This document shows, piece by piece, positions 34,413 through 46,086 of a stretch of DNA of 64,000 bases. Each line of letters starts with the position of its first letter. Position 1 is the stretch's first letter. Under the pieces are notes generated by a model that was not told the origin of the DNA, did no database searches, and saw only the letters and a list, made by a program, of their open reading frames with translations. Location of the stretch: contig OZ251248.1 of the NCBI GenBank assembly GCA_965240325.2, positions 1,036,554-1,100,553 on the forward strand. The letters are read 5' to 3'. Origin of the DNA: Rebecca billardiae RCC1528. Its lineage: Eukaryota; Protista; Haptophyta. The position numbers were made by a program, and so were the translations under genes.

Positions 34413-35748
34413 GGGTGGAATTCCCATTTTCTGGCGCACTTCCGCACTGGGGAGGCGGAAAAGCGGCATTTAATACGCGAATAAGGAATAAAAGAAGAAT
34501 GGGACTAAAGCGCACGCAGTGCGAAGAAATTTTTTCGGGTAGTAGCTTATCAGCGTAGTTATAGTATGCGAAGCACCAAGTGCTGCGAGGCGGCCTGCTT
34601 GCGCACGCGGCGTCCCGAGCACCCTCGGGGCTCAGCTGCGGCTCGGCCTGCGCGCGCTCAGCAAGCTCGCGTGCACCTTGCCCGCCGCCTCGACCGTCTC
34701 GAGCAAGAGGATCGACGTATGAGTGAGCGTGTGCCGCCGAGCTGCTGTCCGGCAGCTACCCGCGACTGCAGCCGCTGGCCGCGGTGCCTGGCCTCGGCGC
34801 GGCCCCACAGGCTCAGCGCTGGGAGCTCATCCTCCTCCTGCGCTCCTCCTCCAGGCGTTTGAGCCGCCGCCGTCTTGGCCGCCTCGTCCTCGTCGATCAG
34901 CTGAACGGCGGGAGTGATGTCTCTGCTCAGCTGAGTGTGACGTGACAAGCGAGGCGACGAGCGACAGCAGCCCGATGACCAAGCCGACGAGCTCATCGTA
35001 CGAGCCGTCACGCGTGCGCTCGTGCCGTGTCTGAGCTGGCTCGCGCTCGTACGCCGACCAGGCTTTGCTCGGACTGAACGCGTGTGCTCAGGCGTCCTTG
35101 CGTGTGCGCTTGGACGGCCGCGGGCCGTCATCTGGTCCGACCGCGCGCAGCTCGATCTCGGAAGCGTTGAGCTCCTCCGCGGTTGACTCACCCTCTGCAT
35201 CAGGCTCGACCACGGCAGCAGGCCCCGCAGCAGCCGCCAGGTAGCATCGGCAGGAGCCCCTGCGCCACCCGACGCCGTCCGCATATCGGCCAGCTTGCCG
35301 CACACGCGCTGGACCACGGCCTCGCCGCGCTTGACGCGGATGTGGTGCCAGGTCGTCGTGCCAATCGTTTGGCTATCGACAACGGGCACGGGCACCTCGA
35401 TCACGACAACGCCTGTCGCGTAGGCTGTGTAGCGATGTCCGTCCACGACTCCGTCGTGGGTGGACGGCGCACGGGGCCATCGCGGCCGTGGGCGCAAGTG
35501 TCTCGTGAATTGTTTGTTTAATTCACTAATTCGCCCAGCCGCTACATCGAACTCGACAACGGTTGCTTTTACACCCGCGGTCTTTTGACTGTGCAAATGG
35601 GGCGCCGCCCCATGCTCAAATCCGAAGAGAACGAAGATGTAAAAGTGTCTGGTCCCTAGATACTGTGCTGTCCGGGTCCCGGTCGTCCGGTCAGATCTGA
35701 GCAGCCGGATTTTCCGCCCGGACAGGCCAGAAAATGGGATTTTCACCC
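34413..35748. mobile_element. Non-autonomous DNA transposon (about 1.34 kb) with TIRs and a TA/TATA target duplication
   Basis: Left end GGGTGGAATTCCCATTTTCTGGC; reverse complement of right end GGGTGAAAATCCCATTTTCTGGC (21/23 match). TATA on both flanks. Subterminal GGCGGAAAA near both ends; lower GC than the host genes. Confidence 0.8.
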
Positions 35749-36141
35749 TATAGCTGCTGAGCCTGATTAGCCGCGACTGCTGGCGGCGATCATCGCGGTT
35801 ACGGATGACCGATTACGACGCCACGAGGCGCACGCGACAGACCCGATCATATATTCATGCATAATCATTTATTATTCATTATTGACTGACAGACTGGACG
35901 ACGACTGCTGGTCAACCTGGTGAGTGAGTGGTGGGCCGTTGGCGTGCCTCGGATGACCGCCCGACTGATCAGACGAGTCAATCGCCATCGAACTACGTGA
36001 CGTGACACCGTCGCGTCAGGCCTGTCTCTGCACTCTGAAGTCCCAAGAGACGAGAGATGAAGATGTTAGCTAGATGGCGAGACATGAGAGTGACGGCGCG
36101 ACGCGACAGCGCGCCATCAACGAGTGGCGTTGCTGTCGTGA

Positions 36142-37486
36142 CTACATGCCGGCGAAGAGGTCCTCCTCCTCGTCGTCCTCGGCGCCGAGCGCGGCGCCGA
36201 GCCCCGGCGCGGCGCCGAGCGCGCCCGCCGCGGCGGGCGCGGGCGGCAGCGCGCCCGCCGCGGTGGGCGAGGTGAGCAGCGGCGTCGGCGCGGCGCGCGC
36301 GCCGTTGGGCGCGGCCGGCGGCGGCGCCACACCGCCGCCGGCGGGCGACGAGGGCGACGCCGCCGCGGCGGCGCCGGCCGGCGGCGGCGGCAGCAGGCTG
36401 AAGGGCGAGCCCGCCGTCGCGATGGCGGTCGAGATTGGGCGGTGGCCGGGGAGGCGCGCGAGCGGGAGGCCGCCGCTGCCGCCGCCGGGCGAGACGGCGG
36501 CGCCGGGCGGCGGCGCGAGCGGCAGGCCGCCGCTGCCGCCGCCCGCGCCCACGCCGCCGCCCGGCGGCGGCTGCAGCGCGAGCGCCGCCGCCGCGCCCGA
36601 CGGCTTGCGCCTCGCCGCGGGCAGCGTGACGGAGATGGCGCCGCCGCCCGCCACGCCGCCCAGCGGCTGCGGCGAGAGCGAGGGCGAGAGGCGCGACTCG
36701 GCGAGCGCCGCGGAGGCGGAGAGGGCGGAGGGCGGCGGCTCGGCGGCCGAGCTGGCCGGCGGCGCGCCGCCGAGGCCGCCGCCCAGCGCGTGCGGCGCGG
36801 CGGTGTGCTCGGCGCTCGCCAGCTTGGGCGAGCGCGGCGACGCGGGCGAGAAGAGCCAGTCGTCGTCGTCGTCGTCGTCATCGTCGTCGGCAGCCGCCGC
36901 CGCCGCCCCGGCGGCGCGGCCCGCGCCGCCGGTCGCCGCCGCCGCCGCCGCCGCCGCCGCGGCGAGCCCGCCGCCGCCGCCGCGCGCGGGCGGCGCCTCG
37001 GCGACGCCGTGCGCGGCGCACGCGCACGCGCCGCCGGCGGCGTCGGGCGCGGGCGGCTGCTTGAAGAGCCCCAGGGAGCTCAGCCACGGCCGGGGCGCGC
37101 CGCCCGCCGGCGCGCCGCTCGCCGCCGGCGCGTCCGCCCCGCCGCCCGCCGCCTCCGCGGGCGGCGTGTTGTTGGACGACAGCGTGGACACCGGGGTGGC
37201 CACGGCCGCGCCGCCAAACATGGAGCCGCCGCCGTCGTCGTCGTCGAGCAGCTTGCTGCCGCCGCCGCCGGCGTGCGCGAGCCTGAGCGCGTAGCGCGCG
37301 CAGACGCAGAGCACGCAGCAGCAGAGCAGCAGGGCGAGGCACGCCGTCGCGATCACGAGCGCGAGCACCCACTGCTCCTCCGCCGAGCCGCCGCCCAGCG
37401 CGCCAAACGCGCCGCCGCCGCCGCCACCACCGCCCGCCTGTGCGCGCGCCTTGAGCAGCGCCGCCATCATCGCCGCGGAGTCGTCC

Positions 37487-37520
<34 letters not shown>

Positions 37521-38042
37521 GCTTGGCGCCGCCGCCGCCCGCGCCGCCGCTGCCGCCCTTGCCGCCGCCGCCGCCGCCGCCCTCGGCGGGCTTGGGCGCC
37601 ACGGGCGGCTGCACGGGGCACTTGTCGCGCGCCACGAGCTCGGCGCCGCCCGGCGCCGCCTTTGAGCCGGCGCACAGCCCGGAGCCCTCGGCCGGCGGCA
37701 CGCGCGGCACGCAGCGCTTGGGCGCGTCGGGCGCGTTGCACCACATGCACAGCCGCGGCACGGGGCCGCCGCCGCCCTCGGGCGCCGCGCTCTTGTCCTG
37801 CTCGAGCGTGCAGCGCAGGCACCCTGCGCGCGGCGCGCGGCCGCAGGCGGTGGCGCGGCGCGTGAGCCGCGCGGCGGGCGCGCGGCGCGCGCGCGCCGCG
37901 CGCCGCGCGCCGCACCGCTGGCGTGGTAGAGGCCGCAGCGCTCGACCGGGTCGGAGGGCAGGTCGGACGCGGCGGGGCGCGGCCGGCGCGTCGGCCGCTC
38001 CTTCTGCGTCGGCATCGGGTGCGCCGTCGCGTTGCGCCTGAA

Positions 38043-38101
<59 letters not shown>

Positions 38102-39353
38102 TCTCGCGCCGCGGTCGATCGGAGGCGGGCGGGCGCTCGGCGGGCGAGGGCGAGGGCGCGGCGCGCCGCCGCGGCGGGGGCGCCGGCGAGGGCGAGGGCG
38201 GAGGCGGCCGCGGCGAGGGCGAGGGCGAGGGGGGCGGCGGCGACGGCGACGGCGATGGCGATGGCGATGGCGATGGCGATGGCGACGGCGGCGGTGGCCG
38301 CGGCGACGGCGACGGTGAAAGCGGCGAGGGCGAGGGCGAGGGCGACGGCGGCGGTGGAAGCGGCGAGGGCGAGGGCGGGGGCGGCCGCGGCGGTGGCGGC
38401 GGCGACGGCGAGGGCGACGGCGACGGCGACGGCGACGGCGATGGCGGCGGCGGCGCCGGCGAGGGCGAGGGCGGCGACAACGCCACGGGCAGCGGCAGCG
38501 TCGGCGCGGCCGCCGCCGCGCGGTCAAAGCCGGGCGCCGACTCGCGCAGCGCGCCGTCCGCTGGCTCGGCGGGCGGCTGCTCTCCGGCGGCCGCATCGGC
38601 GCTCGGGCCGTCAGCCGCGCCCGCGCCCGCGGCTGCGGCGCCCGCGCCGCCCGCCAGCGCGAGGTCGGCGCGCGCGGCGCGGATCGCGGCGGCGTCGGGC
38701 GCGAGCATGCTGTACAGCCGCGCGCCCGCCGCGCCTGCGCGATCGGCGGCGTACGCCCCGCCCGGCCCCGCCGCCGGCGGCTGCTGCGCGCCCGCCGAGT
38801 CGGGCGGCGGCGTGCCGCCGGCCACGCCGAGCGCGGCGGCGGCGGCGGCGGCGGGCGGCAGCAGCGCGCCCGCGTTCACGGCGAGCGCGACCTCGCGCGC
38901 CGCGGCGGACTCGGCCGCCGAGGGCGCCGACGGCTCGAGCGGCGGCTCGTCGGGCGCGTGCGCGTCGGCGTCGGAGGGCGGTCCCGCGTCCGCGCGCTCA
39001 GGCGGCGGCGGCGTGCCGTCGTCAGGCGGCGGCGCGTCGGGCGGCGGCGCGTCGGGTGTGCCGGGCGCCGGCTGCGCCGGCCCCGCCTCGGGCGCGCCCA
39101 TCGGCGTCGCGCCGGCCGGCGGCGCCGCGGCGCCGGCCGCGCCGCCGCCGCCGCTCGGCGCGGCGCGCGGGCACTTGGCCGCGGCGCACTGCGAGCACAT
39201 GCCGATCTGCGCGATCCAGTCGTTGCAGCACTCTTCGCACACGTTGCAGCCGACGGACGGGTCGCACGAGGCCAGCTCGCCCGCCGCGCCCAGCGCGCCG
39301 CCGCCGAGCAGCAGCAGCGCGAGCAGCGTGCGGCACATGGCGGCGGCGCCCAT
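36142..39353 (-). CDS. Type I membrane/cell-surface protein with an N-terminal 8-Cys module, (SP)n extensin-like stalk, PSI-like Cys module and TM helix
   Basis: Signal peptide ([17 protein letters not shown]), [17 protein letters not shown], and PSPSPSP runs. Intron 37915-37824 joins CGLYHAS|[40 protein letters not shown]. Confidence 0.65.
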
Positions 39354-39460
39354 CAGAGGCGTGCTTGCTGCTGTCAGGGAGCCTGTCGGTGGCACACAGT
39401 CCGGGCGCGCTGCGGCCGGACGCCGCCCCCTGCGCGCCGCGGCGACGTGGGTGGGCAGCT

Positions 39461-40196
39461 ATGGTGCGTGCGGCCTCGCCATGGGCCGCGCGTGGGCGCG
39501 CGCCGCCGCGCCGGCCGGCGGCGGGCGAGGCCGCGCGCGGGCGGCGCGCCGCCGGCCCCCGGCGCGAGCTCGTGCTCACGCCGAGCCCGCCCTCCCGCGC
39601 GCGCCGCCCCGCGCCCCCCCGCGCCCCGCGCAGCCGACGCACCTGCGCAAGCACCGCAAGAAGCGCGGGCACCGCACGGTCGGCTATGGCCGGGTGGGGC
39701 AGCACAGGAAGCATCCGGCCGGCCGCGGTAACGCCGGTGGGCAGCACCACCACCGCATCATGATGGACAAATAGTGCGCGCGCGCGCGCGCGCACGAGCG
39801 CCGCGCGGCCGAGCGGCGGGCGAGCGGCGAGCGGCGAGCGGCGGCCGCTCACACCGCGCCCGCCCGCCCGCCGCGCCGCGCGCGGCGCGCCCGGCGCGCA
39901 GCCACCCTGGCTACTTTGGCAAGGTGGGCATGCGGTACTTCCACAAGACGAAGAACCAGTTCTTCTGCCCCACCATCAACCTCGACAAGCTGTGGACGCT
40001 CGTGCCCGAGGAGGTGCGCGCCAAGGCGAGCGCCAAGTCTGCGCCCGTGATCGACTGCATCGAGAAGGGCGTGTTCAAGGTGCTCGGCAAGGGCGCGTTG
40101 CCAGACGTGCCCGTGATCGTCAAGGCGAAGTACTTCTCCAAGCTCGCCGAGAAGAAGATCAAGGACGCCGGCGGCGAGTGCGTGCTGGCCGCATGA
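39461..40196 (+). CDS. RPL27A: 60S ribosomal protein L27a (uL15)
   Basis: Exons 39461-39463 (ATG only), 39634-39773 and 39902-40196, giving [49 protein letters not shown]. Confidence 0.97.
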
Positions 40197-40761
40197 GCGC
40201 GCGCGCTCGGGCGCGCCGCCCGCCCCGCCGCCGCCGGCTTTCGGCGGCGGGCGGTGGGCGCGCGCGGGGCGTGCTGGCGGGCTGTGCGCGCGCACCCCGC
40301 CAGCGCTCGGCCCGGCACTCCAGCTGACCGTCGCCCGCCGCCGGTCGCTCACGAGCCGTGGGCGCGCCGGGCGCGGGCCGTTGGAGCCGTCGTCAGGCTG
40401 GCAATCTGCCGGGCGGGCCGCTCTGTGAGTGACCGTCACGGACTGACCGGGCGGCGGGCCCGGCAAAAGCCCGCCGCTGACGCAGCCTGACGTCCGAAGC
40501 CTGCTTGTCGTTGCTGGGTGATGATCTTCCGATCTGTCGCGCGTGGGGAGGCGGCATTGTCCTAGCTAGCTCGAGCCGCGCGGCGCTGCCGTCCAAGGCG
40601 GCTAGTTATCGTTGGCAGCGTGTGTCTCACAGACACGACAGTCGACAGAATCTTCATCACTATGGTACCGTAACTAGCTGATGTCGGTCAGACCGCGTCT
40701 TGTAGTTGACGAACAGCTGTACTGTCCGCGCGTAACTGCGGCGGCAGCGCCGCGCCTCATC

Positions 40762-42831
40762 ATGGCAGCAGCAGCGGCCATGCCATCATCACGCGCCGCA
40801 AAGCGCGCCGCGCCGCTCGCGCTCGCCGCCGCGCTGGGCGCGCTGATGGGCGCGGCGGCGGCGGCGGGCGCCGCGGCGCCGCCGCGGCCGGGCGGCGCCA
40901 ACGCCTCCGCCGCGCCGCCGCGCTGCGCGGGCCACGTCTCCGCGGGCTACGAGCACTCGTGCGCGATCACGCAGGCGGGCGCGCTGCTCTGCTGGGGCTC
41001 GGACGACCACGGCCAGCTGGACGTGCCGCCGGGGTACGCGTGGGCGCGCGTCTCGGCGGGGAAGTACCACACGTGCGGCGTGACCACCTCCGCCACGCTC
41101 GTCTGCTGGGGCGCGGACAAGCACCACGAGGCCGAGAGCCTCGCGTCGCACGCGTGGTCGGACGTGTCCGCGGGCGCGGGCAGCACGTGCGCGCTCACGA
41201 CGACGGGGCGGCTGGCGTGCTGGGGGGACAACCAGTACGGGCAGGCGCAGGTGCCCGCGGGCGTCTTCACCGCCGTCTCCGCCGGCTTTGGCGACACGGT
41301 CTGCGCCCTCGAGACCTCGCGCGCCATCGCGTGCTGGGGCAGGGCCTCGGACGGCCAGACGGCCGTGCCGCCAGGCGTCGAGTGGGCCGCCGTCTCGACG
41401 GGCTGGCTGCACGCGTGCGGGCTCGCCGCGGCGCGCCGGCCGGGCGCACGCCCCGCCGACGCTGCCGACGCCGACGCCGCCGCCCCCGCCGCGACCGACG
41501 ACGGCGTGGGCGCCATCGTGTGCTGGGGCAACAACGACTTTGGTCAGCTGGACGTGCCTCCGCTGCGCCGCTCCGAGGGCAGCCGGTGGGTGGGCGTGGC
41601 GGCGGGGCACTCGTACACGTGCGGGCTGACGGACGCGGGCGCGCTGCGGTGCTGGGGGCACCTGCCCTTCGGCCTCGACCGCGTCCCGCCCGGCGTGCGC
41701 TGGTCCGAGCTCTCCGCGGGCTACTACCACGCGTGCGGCTTTGGCGGGTCGGGGTCGGGGTCGGGGTCGGGGCCGGGCGGCGGCCTCCGCTGCTGGGGCC
41801 TCGACTACGACGGCCAGGCGGAGGTGCCGGAGGGCTTCGACTTCTCGGCGGCGTGCGCGCGCGCGGGCGTGCCCGCCGAGCACAAGGGCGGGCGCGGCGG
41901 CTGCCCCGCGCGCCAGCTCGCGCACGTCGGCGCGGGCTACGCCACGCGCGCGGCGGTGGTGGCCGAGTGCCAGCGCGTCGGCTGCGGCTACTACGTGTGG
42001 CACAGGCCGCGCGGCGCGCCGCCCGCCGCCGCGCCGTCGGCGTCGGCGGCGGAGGCGGCGGAGGCGGGCGGGCGCGCGTGGTTCTGCCGCGACGACTACT
42101 ACGAGGCGACGGGCAACGCCGCCGACTGGCCCGAGTGGGAGGTCGGCCGCCTCAAGCTCGGCTGCGCCGCGTCCGACGGTGACGTGCGGCTGAGCGCGTA
42201 CCCGCGCGGCGAGATTTACATCTCGGAGGGCGGCGTGTGGGCGACGCTGTGCGGCGCGCTCGACCTGCCCACGGCGGGCGTGATCTGCCGGCAGCTGGGG
42301 TACGAGCGCGCGGCGCTGACGTACACGTACTGGGGCCAGGAGTACGCGTACCTCGGCGTGCACGCGCCGCGGTGCACCGGCGCCGAGCCGCGGCTCGACG
42401 CGTGCGCGCGGCGCGAGGTCGACTGCGCGGCCGCGGGCGGGCACGCGCGCGACCAGGGCATCGAGTGCGCGGGCGGGCGCGCGGCGGCGGCGGGCGGGCC
42501 GGACGCGGCGGAGTGCGGCACGGCGCCGATCGCGCGCCACGCGCACACGCCGCTCGGCGCGACGCTCGGCGCGTCGCGCGGCGGCGAGCTCGCCGTCAGC
42601 CACGACCACCACGGCCGCACCGTCGCGCCCGCCGACCTCGCCGCCCGCCTCGGGCCGGCGGCGCTGCGCGCGCGCGCGCGCGCGCGCGCGCGCGGCGGCG
42701 CGTGGCGTGCGCGGCGCGGCGGGGCGGCGGCGCTGCTGCTCGGCGCGGGGGCGCTGGCGGCGCTCGCGCTGGGCGCCGCCGTCGGCCGCCGCCGCCGCGG
42801 CCGCGCGGCCGCCGCGCTCGCGCTCGTGTGA
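40762..42831 (+). CDS. Membrane-anchored extracellular protein: RCC1/BLIP-II-like (crinkly-type) propeller + SRCR domain + C-terminal TM
   Basis: Signal-like N-terminus; about 7 repeats of VSAGxxHxCxxTxxGxLxCWG; SRCR motif DVRL..GEIYI..GVWATLC..AGVICRQLGY..CTGAEPRLDAC..C..H..DQGIEC; TM ALLLGAGALAALALGAAV. Confidence 0.8.
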   Translation: MAAAAAMPSSRAAKRAAPLALAAALGALMGAAAAAGAAAPPRPGGANASAAPPRCAGHVSAGYEHSCAITQAGALLCWGSDDHGQLDVPPGYAWARVSAGKYHTCGVTTSATLVCWGADKHHEAESLASHAWSDVSAGAGSTCALTTTGRLACWGDNQYGQAQVPAGVFTAVSAGFGDTVCALETSRAIACWGRASDGQTAVPPGVEWAAVSTGWLHACGLAAARRPGARPADAADADAAAPAATDDGVGAIVCWGNNDFGQLDVPPLRRSEGSRWVGVAAGHSYTCGLTDAGALRCWGHLPFGLDRVPPGVRWSELSAGYYHACGFGGSGSGSGSGPGGGLRCWGLDYDGQAEVPEGFDFSAACARAGVPAEHKGGRGGCPARQLAHVGAGYATRAAVVAECQRVGCGYYVWHRPRGAPPAAAPSASAAEAAEAGGRAWFCRDDYYEATGNAADWPEWEVGRLKLGCAASDGDVRLSAYPRGEIYISEGGVWATLCGALDLPTAGVICRQLGYERAALTYTYWGQEYAYLGVHAPRCTGAEPRLDACARREVDCAAAGGHARDQGIECAGGRAAAAGGPDAAECGTAPIARHAHTPLGATLGASRGGELAVSHDHHGRTVAPADLAARLGPAALRARARARARGGAWRARRGGAAALLLGAGALAALALGAAVGRRRRGRAAAALALV

Positions 42832-42976
42832 GTGAGATCGCGCGCGACCCGTCACTGCTCGAAGTCGAAGAAGATCTAGATCTGATGAAAGAAAGCTGCG
42901 CCGCCATCGTGCGCGAGCGCGAAATAAAAAAAAGAGCTAGATGAAGCGAGCGCCTCCATCGCCGCGCGCCGCCGAC

Positions 42977-45854
42977 ATGGGCAGCGCCGCCGACCAGCGC
43001 GCGGCCGAGCAGGCGCTGGGCCCGCGCTCGACGGGGCTCGACCTGATGGACGACGACCCGTTCGACGGCGTGGCCTTCAGCCCGACGCTCGAGGCCGCCA
43101 TCGCCGACGTCATCCCCAGCGAGGACGAGCTCGACCGGTGCGCGCGCGCGCGCGCGGCAGCGGCGGCCGCGCGCGCGCGCTGATCCCGCCCCGCCCCCCC
43201 CCCTCCACCCCCGCGCGCGCCGCGCAGCGCCGACTTCAACGCGACGGCGTACATCAACAAGCTCTTCCCCACCGAGGAGTCCCTCCTCAACGTCGAGCCC
43301 TTCATGGACTCGCTGCGCGGCAAGATTGCGCAGCTCGACGGCGAGATCATGGACACGGTGCGGCTGCAGACGACCGGCGCGGGCTCGGCGCGCGCGGAGC
43401 TCGAGGGCGGGAAGGCGGCGATCCAGGAGCTGTTCCTGCGCGTGCAGGACATCAAGCGCAAGGCGGAGCAGTCCGAGGACATGGTGCACGAGATCTGCGC
43501 CGACATCAAGGCGCTCGACCTCGCCAAGCGCCACCTGACGACCACGATCACCGCGCTCAAGCGGCTGCAGATGCTGAGCTCGGCGGTGGAGCAGCTCGGC
43601 ACGATGTGCCGGGACCGGCTGTACCGCGACGCCGCGCACCTCCTCCTCGCCGTCTCGCAGCTCTCCGTCCACTTTGACGGCTTCCGCGGCATCGCCAAGG
43701 TGGACGCGCTGCGCGACGCGATCGGCGGGTTGCGCGCGCAGCTGCGCCGGCAGATCTTCGACGACGTGAACCGGCTGGGCGCGGGCGGCGGCGCGGAGGA
43801 GGGTGGCGGCGGCGGCGGCGAGGGCGCCGACGCCGCCGCCGCCTCGGCGCACGCGCTCGAGCAGCTCGGCGACGCGTGCGCGGCCGTGGACGCGCTGGGC
43901 GAGCTCGTCGTGCGCGAGATGCTGTGCTGGTTCTGCAACCTCACCTTCGCGCCGTACCGACACATCTTCCACCCGTACGGGGACGGGGGCTCGCTCGAGC
44001 GGACGGAGGTGCGGTACACCTGGCTCCGCCAGGCGCTCAAGAAGTACGCCGCGCGCTACGCGCCCGTCTTCCCCGCGAGCTGGCAGGTGCCGTGCGTGCT
44101 CGCCGTCGAGTTCTGCAAGGTGACGCGCGTGCACCTGGCGGAGATTCTGCAGGAGGCGGGGCGGCAGGACACGCTGCAGGTGGCGGTGCTCACGCACGCG
44201 CTGGTGAAGACGATCGACTTCGAGGCCGAGATGCAGCGCCTCTTCGGCGCCACCGCCGCGCGCATCGCCGCGCCCGACTTCTCGCTCGTCGCGGTCGGCG
44301 CGGCCGCCGCCGCCGCCGCCGACGGCGGCGGCGGCGGCGGCGCCGAGCCCGCCGCCGCCTCGGGCGGCGGCGGCGCGGACGGCGGCGCCGAGTCGTCGGC
44401 GCCCGCGTCGCCGCGCGCGCGCGCCGACTCGTCCGCCTCGGCGCCGCCGGGCGCGCCCGCGTGCGCCGGCTTCTCCTTCGTCGGCTGCGTCTCCTCCGTG
44501 TTCGGCGAGTACATGGGGCTGTACGTGCAGCTGGAGGCCAAGGGCATGGCGGAGGGCGTGCGGGGCGTGCTCGCGCAGGAGCGCTGGGCGGTGCCCGAGG
44601 ACCTGGCGGGCGCGGAGAAGGAGACGCGCGTGCTGCGCTCGTCGATCGACCTCTTCCTCCTCATCAAGCGCGCGCTCAAGCGCTGCGTCCCCGTCTCCAC
44701 CGGCGACGTCCTCCTCCGCCTCCACGGCGTGTGGCGCGACGCGCTCTGTTCGTACGCGGCCGCGGTCGGCGGCCGGCTGCCGCGCGTGCCGCAGGTCGCG
44801 TCCGGCTGGGAGCCGCCGGCGGTGCACCTGTCGGACGAGGAGCTCACGCTGATCTGCGCGGCGGTGACCACGTGCGAGTACTGCGCCGCCACCTCGGGCG
44901 AGCTCGAGGAGTCCATCCGCCGCCAGATCGCGCCCGAGCTCGCCGAGCAGGTCAGCATGGCCGCCGCGCAGGACGCGTTCCAGGGCGCCATCACCGCGGC
45001 CGTCAAGCTGCTGGTCGCGGACGTGGAGACCGGGCTGCACGCGCACCTGCTGGCGTACACGCGCGTGAAGTGGGCGGAGCTCGAGGACGTGTCCGAGGAG
45101 TCCACGCAGATGAACTCCATCCTGCGCAAGCTCGGCAAGGTGCGCGCGCCTACCCTGCCCTGCCCTGCCCTGCCCTGCCCTCGCGTGTCGCCGCGCTCGA
45201 GCGCGCGCTGAGCGGCCGTGCCACTCCCGCCCGCGCTGTGCCGCCGCGCAGGTGGCGGAGTTCTGGGGCGCGCACCTGCTGCCGCTGTACGTGCGCTTCA
45301 CGTGCGACAAGCTCGTCACCTCGTTCGTCCCGCGCTTCGTGCAGATGATCCACCGCTGCCGCCGGCTGGGCGAGACGGGCGCGCAGCAGGTGCTGCTCGA
45401 CCTGCAGGCGCTCAAGTCGTGCCTGCTCGAGCTGCCCGCGCAGTGCGGCACCTCGGGCACGAGCGCGTACACCAAGCTCGTCTCGGCGGAGGTGGGCAAG
45501 GCCGAGCAGCTGCTGCGCCTCGTGCTCACGCCCGAGGAGGCGCTCACGGTGCGGCGCCGGAAGCGCGCGCGCCGCCGCGCGCGCCCGCCGCCGGCCGCCT
45601 CACCCGCGCCGCCGCGCCGCCGCGCCGCTGCGCCGCGCTCGCAGGAGCACTTTGATGAGCTCGCCGCCGGGCTGGGCGGCGCGGGCGTCGATCTCGGGCG
45701 CGTGCTCGAGCTCAAGGGCGTGCGCAAGCCCGAGATGACCGCGTCGGCGATCAACCTGCTCGAGGACATCAAGGGCGGCGTCTCCACCTCCGCGGCGAAC
45801 GCGTCGCTCACGCAGTCGAGCGCCAAGATCAAAAAGCTGCTCAACATCAGCTGA
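42977..45854 (+). CDS. VPS53: Vacuolar protein sorting 53 (GARP complex subunit)
   Basis: Start at 42977 (or 42941); introns 43138-43227, 45140-45251 and 45549-45644. Motifs: DFNATAYINKLFPTEESL, KAEQSEDMVHEICADIKALDLAKRHLTTTITALKRLQML, GAQQVLLDLQALK. Confidence 0.95.
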
Positions 45855-45928
45855 TGCGCGTCGTCGTCGGTCGAGACTCGGGGTCGAGCCGTCGTCCGGT
45901 GACCGGTGCGCGCAGGTCGCCGCTGCCT

Positions 45929-46075
45929 GCTTTTATTATAGTAGCTGTTTTTATTTATTAAATAAATATATCATTTATAATAATAATAATATATTTAACG
46001 ACAACTATTATAATATTTATTTAACGAAATATTAATAAGTATATTAAAATACTACACTACGACTCTTTACAAATA
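45929..46075. other. Very AT-rich island between the convergent VPS53 and SPEF1 3' ends (likely 3' UTR / termination zone)
   Basis: About 150 bp of almost pure A/T in a very GC-rich background; contains AATAAA. Confidence 0.5.
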
Positions 46076-46086
46076 TCAAAACGGCG

